A stretch of 64,000 nt of DNA from Antedon mediterranea. Its lineage: Eukaryota; Animalia; Echinodermata. The position numbers and the translations under genes were made by a program. The stretch lies in assembly GCF_964355755.1 (NCBI RefSeq), contig NC_092674.1:4588001-4652000 (forward strand), in the 5' to 3' direction. The notes under the pieces are model-generated. The model searched no databases. It worked only from the letters and a program-made list of their open reading frames with translations, and was not told where the DNA came from. Below are positions 54,001 through 64,000 of this stretch, in pieces (position 1 is the first letter of the stretch; every line of letters starts with the position of its first letter).

Positions 54001-57000
54001 GGCCATTGGGAGCTGTCACTGACTGGAATTTCATGGCATGGATTCTTTTGTGACCATTATACATAACTTGTTGATGCTGATTTGGTCGGCATATTGGCCT
54101 TACGGTTCCATCAACGAACCCCCAACAGTTCCTCAAAGCAGCACCCTTTGTGTGTGTTGCCTCAGCAAATTCCTGTAAATGTTGTGGGGATAACCATGGC
54201 TGATCTAAGGATGAGATCCGATGTCTATGGATGTCGAAGATGTAGTTGGTCATCCACTTAAACGCCAAGTAAAGCTGTGGTACTGAACGTCCATAGTCCT
54301 TGATAAGATCTCCATATCTACAAGGATATGCATACCTTTGGAGTGTGATGCACAAAGCCTCAAGTCCATCAATTTTCGACTTATTCTCCAGAATTACAGT
54401 TGGTGGCACCCCCAAAGCATGTTTCAGCCGGTAGATATCATTTTTCTGGAATCTAAGGGAAATAATAATACACAGTATATTTTAAATCTCATAATGGATA
54501 ACATACATGATACTGGACATGTTATGGGCATCATATATTAATTTAATATTTAATCAACATTTATTACTAAATAGTAGCTTCTGTAGATAGTATAGTAGCC
54601 TACTAGGGCTATACATAAAAGAAAGCAATACCTTCAAGGTATATGGAAGTATAATTGTTAGTAACCAATGTTAAATGTATTTAAGCTTTATAATGCCTTA
54701 ACGTTATCTAGCCCTACCTAGTAGTAGATTATAAATTGATAAATAAAGTGCTACCCTGATTTACCCTGATGGTCGGCTTACCTGAAATAGCTGTTGCATT
54801 CATCATCGTTGAATTTATCCAAGTTGAATTGATATTCATCACTTTTATATTGAAAATCAGGATTACTTGGGGAATTCATACTATACAACATAATGAATTC
54901 TTCCTCGTCCAGAACATCTGATATATAGGCAGCAACAAGAGCATCTCGTACCCTATGTAGGTTCGCCATGTTGTAAGATGCTGAAAGTCGAGTCAACTGA
55001 TGATGGTACCTGATACATCGCGCACATGTTCCCGTCGCGCCCGTGAACAAAACGAAACAGAAACAGACATGACGGGAACCTAGTAAATGAGTACGGTCAC
55101 GGTTGGTTAAACCGGCCGTACTGCACGTTTACCGTACTAAAACGAAAGCTCGCTATTGACGCGTCTCATAGCGAGCTGGCGCACGAACGATTCGTACAAA
55201 GGACACCGCCAGACAATTGCGTACCTATAATTGTTTAGATCACTGGCAGTCAGGCGGCATGCATAAAGTATATAGCCTTCCGACGTACATCAGTATTTAT
55301 GTGTGACTATGAAGTATAATGTATCATAGAGGATTATAGTGAATATTAATATTTTACACTATAATATCTATGGTATCAAGTACTGTAGTTCACATTATGG
55401 CATCCGATTATTTTTTTCTAGACCACTAGCCGATACGTACTAAAATGTATCAATATCACCTATTTACATATTTATATTCCTCAACAAATTTCTGTAAATA
55501 AATATTATAGATAGAGCTAGCAAATAGCATTTGCCTTCGCCCAGTGTGCTTTTTTAGGGGCTGCTCCTAGATATACGTTCGCATTGAACTTGAACGCAAA
55601 ACAAAATACGGAGTAAATGATCAAACAATCGGCGGTTCCGCACAGAGCACGCGCATCTAACACGGCAACAAATAGTTATCGTCATTTAAATTATCGACGT
55701 GTTTGAGGAGGAGGAAGAAAGTACGATCTTTTTGCTCATTGGTTATATAGCATGCTGCACGAGAGTGTCTTTTCCGGCCATCTAGGGGTGTCATTTAACA
55801 AAATTCGCTTCGCATCAGGCTGGGGGAGGGGGGGGGGGGGGTTGACCCAAATATTTAGTGTCCGAACCCCCCCTTGACAGATCCTGGCTACGGCCCTGAG
55901 TAGGCCTACCACCACACAACAGTAGGTAGGCCTACCACCACACAACAGTAGGCCTACCTCATTTGTTTTATCCCGATTTTTAAATCAGCCTCATTAAAAG
56001 GAGGATGAGGCACGTCTTTGCAAACGTAAATCCCTTAATGTACCCATATTCATTAAATTATATTTTTGTAATGAGTTCTGGTGCAGATCACCGCTGTGAG
56101 CCATACATTACTATACTGTTTTCCGCAGCACATAACATATGATCTTCAATTAACATATAGACATAAATACGTCAACTTCATACATGTAACAATAAATTAT
56201 GTGCAATAATGAAGAAAAACTGATTAGTGTATGTAAACACTCTTTATTTCTGCAAGCCGTTAAAGTTCGTGTCTTTTGTTTAAAACAAGCTTAAGCGTGA
56301 TTCCCACTAGAACGCAACGCAGCGACGTATCGACGCAAAGTGCTGTATTGCGTAATCACAAGTGGGAACCGACGAAGATTGAAAGATGATAATGATTGAA
56401 AGGGCATTTTCTTACGTTGCGTAGCTTGCGTTACGTTGCGTCGCTAGTGGGGACCAAGCTTTACATTTGCACTTTGGTAGGCTTACAGTACATCAGATGG
56501 CTTTGGGTAATGTCCATGATAAACTATTAGAGGTAATTGATATGTTCCCCCCTCCCTAGGAATTTTAAGGAAGCATTAGCATAGCTTAAACGTTATTTAT
56601 CGAATACATAAAATACGGAGATTAGTTCAAAAACGTTTTCAAGGGCTTTGTGACGATAAAATAAATCATAAGACAATGTTCCACCTTTTTTCAGAAATTC
56701 TAATGGGTTTTTACGTGCACATGGGAATTTAAATGTCTTATTTTAAGAGGCTGTTTTTTTCTATCAATCCTCGACATTTTTTTTTACTTTCGTAAAGAGA
56801 ATAAATTGGACGGTTTTTTATTAAATTGTTGACTAAATATGGAAAACTTAGTAGAAACCACTACTAAAGCTTGGTTCCCACTAGAACGCAACGCAAGCGT
56901 TTTACCCAATGACAAGCGAAGTTATAGACAGTTAAGGCTGGTTTCCTGTCGACGTAAGAGGCAGTTTTTCTAACGTCAGTTACGATTGTTACGTCGTTTT

Positions 57001-59749
57001 TACGTAAGAAACCAATATTTGACAGGAAACCGCTTACGACAATATTTTGGCGAAATCGACGTAAACGCAAGAAAAATAGACGTAACGCAACGATTGACAG
57101 GAAACCGGGGTATCGAATCTCCGTCTGATACGTCAATTTATCGCGAATTAACAGGAAACCGGGATTTTATTGCTTGCGCCCACTTGCGCTACGTTATTAA
57201 CGATTCTTACGTATTAGCAATCACAAGCGAATAAGCCACCGCTTGTGATTGGTCAATTCACTTGCGTTGCGTTACGTCCTTGTGCTGCGTCGGAAAAGTG
57301 ACCCTATAGGGGGGGGGGGGTGTCCCTTGAATTGGGTTCGCCGTACTAGTGTTTAAAAATACATTTCTCTTCGTTACGTTTGTTTCACGGGAAAGTGTCT
57401 CTTTAATAGGAGAGGTGTCCCCTGAATAGCAGGATGTAGTGTTACAACATAGTTTTTCCCTTCGTTCTTTTTCAAAAGAAAGTGTTCCCATAATAGGGGT
57501 GTTTGTTCCCATAATAGGGGTGTTATGTCCCAAAGGATCAGTTCTACAGTATAATTGCTCCTTCCTAATTCCATATAACTGTCGGTTAATCAGTGAGTTA
57601 TATAAATTGAGGCATTAAACTTCATCCTGAGATTTTATAACTCCCGTTGAGACTATTTTATCATTTTTTATTTCAATTGTGAGAAATAAATACATAAACC
57701 ACCTTGTGCTCCAGTTTTTAGAGTTGTCCCACAATCCCCGTCTCCTCCATGCCGATCTAACTCATTCAATAAAGACTCCGACTCGATTAGCTTTTTACAG
57801 ATATTTTCAAGCGCACATAAAACGGCTGACGTATCAGCTGTAAAGACAAAATGAATTTATTTCATAATTGGTTAACCCAATTTTAGAGAAATATGTAATT
57901 TGCCGTTTTTTCAAATGTAATAAATTAACCTATTTTATGTTTTGTTAAGAATTTCAGACGTCCTGGTTCTTCAATAATAATCTAATTATAGTAAGCAAGA
58001 CTTAGCTCGTAAAAATTTACATTATTCAAAAAATTTCAATGCAGCAATTTGAAGAAGAAAATTTAATACATATAAAAATTAGAACGACAATAAATAAATA
58101 GTCACTTTCAAAGAAAAAGACAATTTAAAATTCATATAAAATTATTTTTTAAAATGTTTAGCTATTGACATATAAGCCTATATAACTGAAATGTTAGAAC
58201 TTGGATGGGAGACGCGGGTGTGCTTATACGGAGCTGGGGTCCCGTTAGGCATTTGAAATCAGCACTGCTGACTCTTATGGCAGCACCTGCATCTAGTATC
58301 TGCCTCAGACCTCTGTTCAAGGTGGGCACTGGACGAGAGAAGCCCTTGATCAATGTTAGGACCAATCAAGGTGCTTTAAACAGTCCTGGCGGTTAGTGGC
58401 GGTAATTATCGCTGTTGGTTTCGATTGAATAAAAAAAAAATAAATAAATACATTTAAAACTATATTACCATTTGGGCTAGCGCTACTTTGTTTGATTGAG
58501 CCCGTTTTAGAAGTTGTCACACAAGGTTCAAGACGTTCACGTCCGCGTTGTGTAGAGGACGTGGTACCAGAAGACGTTGACCCGTTTTTCCAACCTATAG
58601 CAGTTGTATCTTTATCTGAAACATATTGAAAGTGGTGTCATTCGTTGTTATAGGACGCCGCGTGACTGGAGGACGCCGCGTAGCATGGAGGACGGCGCGT
58701 GATTTGAGAACGCCCTATATCATCGTATTTTGGTATCTGAAACATAATGAAAGTGGTGTCATTCGTTGCTAGAGGACGCCGCGTAGCATGGAGGACGCTG
58801 CGCTACAACGACGACACCCCTATGTCATCATAATTTTGGTGCAGCGCGTAGTACAATCTACGACTGTCATAAAGATTTCTCCCGTGATGACGATGATTAT
58901 GACGTCGTCGATGATGATGATGATGATGATGACACCATTGGCGACCGAAGTGACAATTATGATGTTTCCAAATACCATATATAAAAACATAAAATTCATA
59001 CCTAAGCATTTTAGACGAAGATCAGTCAAGTGGAGAATTGTGAGAGACAGACCAGCCATGTCTAATGACGTCATAAAATGGTCAACATATACTCGTTCTA
59101 CAATAACGCCTTTTGATTCTGTCGTGAATAAACAGACACGAAATTTAATCATAAAAACGAACATATTATTTCATAAACTTTACTTACGGGTATATTATAA
59201 GGATAATCATGATTATGATACAGTGATTCTACTGATTACGGTGACGAAGATAATGATTAATACAAATATTGATAATTATGATAATGATGGTTTTGTATAA
59301 TTTCTCTTGCAATGAACCCCATTGGAAATAAATTTACTTGACTTTATTCAATTTTAATATTCCAATAGTTTGTATTTTTTCTTTGTTATGTATTTTAAAT
59401 GTATTGTTGAATGGATGCTAAATGAATAAATAAATAAAAAATAAAAATAATAAGACGACGTCAAACTAATAATATGATGAATAGATATGATGATTAATAG
59501 CTCAAACCTTCATTGAGGCTTAACCTTACAAACGAATTATTAATACATAATATCCGGATTATAGAAAACATGGACGGAATGTATAATATGCAGTCGACAT
59601 AACGTGGCCTAACATAAATCATGTAAAATAGATACATATTTGATGTATTGCCCCCTAAAAGAAATGAAAAATGAAGATTAATTAAATCAGACTTTGAATA
59701 GGTTATTGTGTAGTTTTAATCAAGTTAATCCCTTCCGTTAAAAAAAACC

Positions 59750-59800
<51 letters not shown>

Positions 59801-62708
59801 TATATATATACATATACAACGACAAAATAAATGGTTAAATTCAACCAAAAATTAATTGGCTGGTAGCCAATTTGACTATTTTTTGCTTTAAATCACAGGT
59901 TTTTTTTTCAGGTAAATAACATTTTTTCGATTAAATTTTTTGTCAAAGTGGACAACTATTATGTGACACTAAAATGGCATATTCAACAAAAAATGTTTTA
60001 CGAATTATGTTTTCAAGGGGACAACATCTTTAATATTATACAAACACAAACCTAAATATCTGATAACTGCTCGAACCATAACAAACATCTCAAGATATGA
60101 AGTAGCGCCAAGATTGTTCAAGACAAGCGCGACACGATCGCCTGAACTTATGGTCATATGACTTGAGTTCGTCTGTTCTGTCATGTGATCGATCATCACA
60201 GCAGCTATATCGTCTGCTTGCATAACCTTTTGAAAATATTATGAATCATTATTTTATATAATTTATAGTTTAAAAAAAAAATGTTTGGGAAAAAATGATG
60301 TTTTAAAAAAGAAAAACATGAACAATAATGATGAAAAATATTGAAAATCAAACCTTTGCCGACAAAAATCGAACGAAAAAGATGACAAAATAAACTGTTA
60401 AAGTCTTCTAAAAAACAACGGACTTCTTTAAGGCAAATTTAAACAAAGGTAAGCGGAAAACCGCGTAGCTTGTCCCACCTAGAATCTGTATCTATCCTGA
60501 GCAGAAACCACCCGTCCGCTTTGCGTTTTGAGCAAATTGTCATAAGGAATAACATAGATTCTATACTTCTATTACCGCTCGTCTGTGTAAATTGGTCTTA
60601 AAACTACGGCTTTTTAGGTAAATAATTGTCTTTTCAATCCGATTTTTGGTCAAGTGAAATTAGGGGAACAATATCTTTTGAACAATGATAGACTCACTCA
60701 CTATACAAGTAGGCCTACTATAAGAGGAGAAGAACACCCATAGAGCTGAATTTAAAAGTGGTTGTCAATTGCTGTCTGGAATAATCAAATTATCTGGTTA
60801 CCTTCATACGTTTAACGCCCGCTTCTCCGTGGACGCCAAGGCCGAGTTCCATCTCATCCTCTCCTAGCGTGAATGTTGCACCAGACCCGGGAACGTGACA
60901 TGGCGAAAGACTTACACCAATTGTCCCTGATCAATTAAACAAACAATTTGAGTTGAAAATTAAGATATTTGTTATTGCAAACATGATTTTAGTTATAACA
61001 TTGACATAAAATAAAAGTATATAAAGTTTGTTATACCGACAGCATTGATCGTCTCCGTGCCAATAGCTGCTATTTCTTCTAACGATCTGCCTTCTTCTGC
61101 TAAAGCGCCGACAATCTAAAAATGAGCCAATCAAGTGATTTCTCAATTCAACCATCTGGTTACTTGGTCACCGTGGGTCATCATAGGTCCGTTCGGACTT
61201 AGCTATTTACCCGGGTAAGTTGATAACACCCACCAGCTCATAAAACTAACGTCTCGCGGGGGTATAGAACCAAGTCAGAACAAAGCCATATAGATAACTT
61301 TTTTTCAATTAAACTCAATTTATTTTCCACATACTACAACCATGTAGGCCTAAATAGAGGATGCATAGGCCTAAAATCTGGCACTAACATTGCGATTTTC
61401 ATGCCTCTGCTTATTTTTGTTTCATGGATTTTAATGGGCTGTCTCAGGATTCGTCATAGAAATAATATTTTTGACTCACTTTCATTAAAAGAACGATACC
61501 ACAAAGGCCACGTCTACCCGCGGTCTTGTCCGTACTGGTGAGGGCGCAGTCTTCTCCAATGGTTATTGTGGCAATCTTGATGTTTTCGGCAGCTGCTCTT
61601 TCGGCCGCAATGCCAAAGTTTAGTCGGTCACCGGTATAATTGGCCACGATTAATAAGACACCACCTTTAGAAGAAATTAAAACAACTTAATAAATATATT
61701 TTTCATTAAGTATTCGGTGTCAATTGTTTTCGTTTCATGTAATCTAAATACGACAGAAAAGGCAAGTTCATATAGACAATCCTCTATCATATTCAACATC
61801 TTTCAAAATTAACGTTTAATCTTAGGTATCTAATTTATCGTTTTGTTTACAGCTCGCGTTTTTTATTGTTAACAAACTTAAGTATGACACGCCATGTATG
61901 CCAAAATGTTTTTATTTTTAGGATTATGAAGCCAACCGCTTAGAACTTAAACTACCTTATTACGTGTGTATAAATGCTGCGCAGCATCAGCAAAGCTCTG
62001 TCTAAACTAGTTTGACAAAAAAAAGTGTGATGTGTCCAAATATGGTAGTGATAACCCAAATATGGTAGTGATATGACATCATCATGTCAATATATGGGCA
62101 CATCACATAAAATTATGACTTACTCGGGCAAGAAATAGCTCGAATTCCGGCTAGAATCTGATTTGGTGGTGGCGATGTGAACACGGATCCAGCCACTGCT
62201 GCCGATAACATTCCCTTTCCTACAAAACCTAGTTTCACAAAAAGCATAACATGTTATACAATATAATAATAATATAGCTGTATATGAATACAAATTAATT
62301 AATAAACATTATTATTTTTAACAAATTTGAAAATGAGACGGACCCGCAGCAAAGGGCTCATGGCCAGATCCTCCTCCACTCAAAATCGTCACTTGACCCT
62401 TCTTCTTTGCTCCTTCAATATCAGTACGCACAACAACTCGATGGCCTAAAAGAAAAAAAAATCTTTAAAAATTAAATAGTATACTGTATAAACCATACAA
62501 CCAAGACAAAAATTGATCAGCAAGTTTACCAGAGAAGAAATGATTATAAAAAAACACGCGTCTAAAAAAAATTATAGCTACGCAAGAACAGAATCTCTAG
62601 CATACCTTTTAGAATCCTGACGTTGAGATTGACTGCCGCCACGCCTTCTAACATCTCGTCCACACATGACTCAGTCGAGTTTAGCAGTTGCTTTTGTTGC
62701 CCAGACAT
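38911..62708 (-). CDS. TKFC: Triokinase/FMN cyclase (dihydroxyacetone kinase, DhaK+DhaL fusion), 15 coding exons, ~587 aa
   Basis: Exons join in phase with GT-AG sites: 62708-62606, 62445-62344, 62228-62124, 61664-61480, 61115-61037, 60926-60802, 60226-60052, 59118-59002, 58615-58469, 57837-57703, 46484-46381, 45739-45636, 45345-45312, 39284-39195, 39069-38911 (1764 nt). Motifs: [66 protein letters not shown]. Confidence 0.95.
39195..39284 (-). CDS. TKFC: TKFC exon 14 (LDPLHAA…)
   Basis: Phase 0-0; completes TMLD. Confidence 0.88.
39360..40110. repeat. 27-bp tandem repeat (GAAAGTTGCAACAGAACCAATTTGCAG) in TKFC intron 13
   Basis: About 27 degenerate copies; source of the repetitive ORFs on both strands. 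Confidence 0.95.
40905..40948 (-). ncRNA. Minimal type-I hammerhead ribozyme core, probably in a Penelope-like pLTR remnant (~40820-41097)
   Basis: Minus strand: ttgca CTGATGA a GGGC tagtgtt GCCC GAAA GCTC tgt. Confidence 0.6.
41291..41420 (+). mobile_element. tRNA-derived SINE (decayed)
   Basis: A box TAGCCGAGTGG, B box GAGTTCAATTCC, then ctcaactataaatgagta…cctgg body. Confidence 0.7.
43072..43859. mobile_element. Cluster of four MITE B copies, nested and tandem
   Basis: 43072-43229; outer 43341-43677 containing inner 43451-43629; adjacent 43681-43859. Confidence 0.88.
45312..45345 (-). CDS. TKFC: TKFC exon 13 ([11 protein letters not shown])
   Basis: 34-nt exon, conserved motif, phase 2-0. 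Confidence 0.92.
45399..45540 (+). mobile_element. MITE family C copy in TKFC intron 12
   Basis: Flanks TACACCACC / TACGCCACC. Confidence 0.78.
45636..45739 (-). CDS. TKFC: TKFC exon 12 ([10 protein letters not shown]…)
   Basis: Within ORF 45398..45730. Confidence 0.92.
46381..46484 (-). CDS. TKFC: TKFC exon 11 (…[10 protein letters not shown])
   Basis: MGG.SG motif; gtaagt donor. Confidence 0.9.
47016..47192. mobile_element. MITE family A copy (3 internal units)
   Basis: TIRs and core. Confidence 0.83.
48595..50615. repeat. Minisatellite, 22-25-bp unit (CACCACACAACAGTAGTCCTAT and variants)
   Basis: Visible tandem array of ~2 kb; resumes at 55899-55958 after the nested insertions. Confidence 0.97.
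51109..52884 (+). CDS. Harbinger accessory Myb/SANT-like (trihelix) DNA-binding protein with coiled-coil and polyQ tail, ~258 aa
   Basis: Predicted exons 51109-51129, 51714-51745, 52064-52471, 52569-52884. W...D..L..EV...PF and [10 protein letters not shown]....R..RDR pattern. The first two exons are less certain. Confidence 0.82.
53561..54969 (-). CDS. Harbinger-type DDE transposase (DDE_Tnp_4/HARBI1-like), 2 exons, ~359 aa
   Basis: Exons 54969-54782 and 54452-53561 (phase 2, GT-AG). Catalytic candidates GFVDGT, YGDPAY and RISVEW; also YNGHK..H..KFQ. Confidence 0.92.
55899..55958. repeat. Distal remnant of the same minisatellite
   Basis: agtaggcctaccaccacacaac units. Confidence 0.9.
56295..56460. 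mobile_element. MITE B subfamily 2
   Basis: TIRs and TTA TSD. Confidence 0.83.
56869..57551. mobile_element. Composite: MITE B interrupted by a GGCTGGTTTCCTGTC element (~56935-57213), then truncated by a pogo/Tigger-like MITE fragment (~57293-57551)
   Basis: B sequence stops at gacagtta and resumes at ttagcaatcac; right end GTTCTACAGTA resembles a Tc1/pogo-type terminus; related fragment at ~21060-21235. Confidence 0.7.
57703..57837 (-). CDS. TKFC: TKFC exon 10 (…[14 protein letters not shown]…)
   Basis: DhaL GDGDCG motif. Confidence 0.94.
58193..58450 (+). mobile_element. 5'-truncated 5S-rRNA-derived SINE-like retroposon
   Basis: GTTAGAACTTGGATGGGAGAC matches 5S GTTAGTACTTGGATGGGAGAC (1 mismatch, from memory); GC-rich body; A/(TAAA)n tail. 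Confidence 0.6.
58469..58615 (-). CDS. TKFC: TKFC exon 9 (inter-domain linker)
   Basis: Open, phase 1-1, DKDTTAIGW resembles DA.T.A.AW; S/T-rich linker. Confidence 0.8.
59002..59118 (-). CDS. TKFC: TKFC exon 8 (…[13 protein letters not shown]…)
   Basis: Within ORF 58820..59164; conserved TSLDM.G.S. Confidence 0.93.
59752..59816. repeat. (TA)n microsatellite
   Basis: Direct inspection. Confidence 0.95.
60052..60226 (-). CDS. TKFC: TKFC exon 7 (…[15 protein letters not shown]…)
   Basis: Overlaps ORF 60005..60223. Confidence 0.93.
60431..60598. mobile_element. MITE family E copy in TKFC intron 6
   Basis: Colinear with 21317-21485. Confidence 0.78.
60802..60926 (-). CDS. TKFC: TKFC exon 6 (…[13 protein letters not shown]…)
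   Basis: Contains the substrate-binding His motif G.HGE.G. Confidence 0.95.
61037..61115 (-). CDS. TKFC: TKFC exon 5 ([15 protein letters not shown]…)
   Basis: In-phase AG/GT; conserved GALAE.G.SL. Confidence 0.9.
61480..61664 (-). CDS. TKFC: TKFC exon 4 (…[10 protein letters not shown]…GRRGLCG…)
   Basis: Overlaps ORF 61444..61647; gtgagt donor. Confidence 0.95.
62124..62228 (-). CDS. TKFC: TKFC exon 3 ([21 protein letters not shown]…)
   Basis: Conserved DhaK segment; gtaagt donor. Confidence 0.92.
62344..62445 (-). CDS. TKFC: TKFC exon 2 (…[14 protein letters not shown])
   Basis: DhaK GGGSGHEP motif; phase 1-1. Confidence 0.92.
62606..62708 (-). CDS. TKFC: TKFC coding exon 1 ([22 protein letters not shown]...)
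   Basis: ATG 2 nt after a tttag acceptor, so a 5'UTR exon likely lies upstream; donor gtatg. Confidence 0.85.
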
Positions 62709-62734
62709 TTCTAAATTAATGCAAGTCAGATCTA

Positions 62735-62902
62735 AAGCTCTCTGTCTATACTATCAACCTTTATGTGACAAAAAAAAATTGATGTGCCCATAATTATATG
62801 GACATGATGATGTCATATCACTACCATATTTGGAATATCACTTCCACATTTGGGCATATCACACTTTTTTTGTCAGACTAATTTAATAGTGTAGACAGAG
62901 CT
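62735..62902. mobile_element. MITE family A copy in the TKFC 5' intron
   Basis: Both TIRs. Confidence 0.85.
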
Positions 62903-63260
62903 TTAGCAATAGAAAACAAATACATGCTATGAATTATTATTACTCTACACAACACTGCTTAAACCAAAATATCACAAACTTTTACGTGACTTTTTAGCGA
63001 GTTCAACTCCAAAAAAATCTAATAAAATTCTGTATTAAATGTATATAAAAAAAATAATATAACAAATACTGTAACATATAATATATTCAGCATTTAGGTT
63101 CTTCTTCTGAAAAGTTAAATTTATGCAAAATTTGTTAAATATCTGAAATGTTTAGTAAATAAACTCCACTTTTAACAGTGAGGAACAACAATCGTGAGGA
63201 TGGTTAAAATTAACACAGCGCCCTCTTCGCTATGAAAGCGACAATAAACATTAGGTAAAA

Positions 63261-63287
63261 ATGGCGACACAGGCTCTGAAAAACGTG
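63261..63287 (+). CDS. Candidate first coding exon of an unidentified divergent gene (MATQALKNV)
   Basis: AAAATGGCG start context and GTG|gtaaga donor, ~550 bp upstream of the TKFC ATG; no homology support. Confidence 0.4.
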
Positions 63288-64000
63288 GTAAGAAATCATA
63301 GAATTCACATAGATATACAATCAAGCTATAATAAATAACAAATCAACAGTGCACTGAATTAAATGTAGATACGGCTATCACTTTTTATCAGTCCCTGACG
63401 TAAGCCTTTAAGGGCTAGGCCAAGTTGGATGGAAAGTAGTTGTGGGTTGTTGTGACCCTGTCTGTGTGAGTGAGTGCTGTGCCTGTCTTGTCCAGGTCTT
63501 TTCAGTACTAGGCTAGCTAGCATACCCTGGCTGGGTGTGGTGAAATGTCAACAAATGAACCGAGTATTTTTGGAATGTTATGTCAGAAATTAAAATTTTC
63601 TAGGTCTTGTTCTCACCTTAGTAATACAGAGAGGTAGTGAAAGCTTGCTATCGCTGCAGGAAAATCAAGCAAAACTGACTTCAAACTTGTAAATAAATAA
63701 ATACATTGACGGTACGGCTCGTTTTTTTTTAACCGTATGTTACGCTCGACTTTGACCTACTAATTCATGGAGCGCCGAATTCGTCATACAATCAATCAAA
63801 TCATGTGATTTACTTGATCGACTCTTTTTTACGTTTGAGATCAGGATGTTACTCCATTTCTAAATGATTTAATTATTATATTTTATTTCAAACAATATTT
63901 TATTTCTCTGATTGTTTTTGTTCAAATTCTAGATTTTCAGACCACAAAATTGGATAATCAACAATAAACCGATTTGCAGTCATATACGCCCATATTGTTC

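Larger units (their letters stand above)
50930..55154. mobile_element. Autonomous PIF/Harbinger-group DNA transposon (Pangu/Harbinger2-like), 4225 bp
   Basis: 23-bp perfect TIR AGCGAGCTTTCGTTTTAGTACGG; ATT on both flanks (50927-29, 55155-57); convergent transposase and Myb/SANT-like genes. Confidence 0.93.
50616..55898. mobile_element. Non-autonomous TIR element (hAT-like CAGG termini), ~1.06 kb without the nested Harbinger
   Basis: TIRs CAGGCCCGTAGCCAGG / CCTGGCTACGGCCCTG (1 mismatch in 16); AGTAG duplicated on both sides; CGAACCCC subterminal repeats at both ends. Confidence 0.85.

Noticed and set aside
53561-54969. Domesticated HARBI1 host gene
   Set aside because: Flanked by perfect TIRs and a TSD and nested in another element
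58788-59300. 170-aa plus-strand ORF with poly-Met
   Set aside because: Antisense to TKFC exon 8 plus a (GAT)n tract

Overview
AT-rich eukaryotic genomic DNA with spliceosomal introns, from an animal (probably a marine invertebrate; echinoderm-like is an inference only). The right part holds one complete host gene on the minus strand, triokinase/FMN cyclase (TKFC/DAK), with 15 coding exons at 38911-62708. I reconstructed it by hand with consistent GT-AG phases, giving about 587 aa. Its 11.2-kb intron 10 contains three nested layers. A 22-25-bp satellite is interrupted by a non-autonomous CAGG-TIR element with a 5-bp TSD. That element is in turn interrupted by an apparently intact two-gene PIF/Harbinger-group (Pangu/Harbinger2-like) transposon at 50930-55154, with 23-bp perfect TIRs, an ATT TSD, a DDE transposase and a Myb/SANT-like partner. 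The left ~38 kb has no gene I can identify. It is filled with MITE families, LINE tails, Helentron-like elements and minisatellites, plus a few candidate promoters and first exons. The most unusual signal is a window-wide excess of TAGGCCTA and TACAGTA/TACTGTA. Comparing repeat copies shows two such motifs are insertions at TA, which suggests accumulated transposon-excision footprints. P-element-like footprints, a hammerhead ribozyme core and a 5S-derived SINE-like insert are also present. All alignments were done by eye, and repeat coordinates may be a few bp off.
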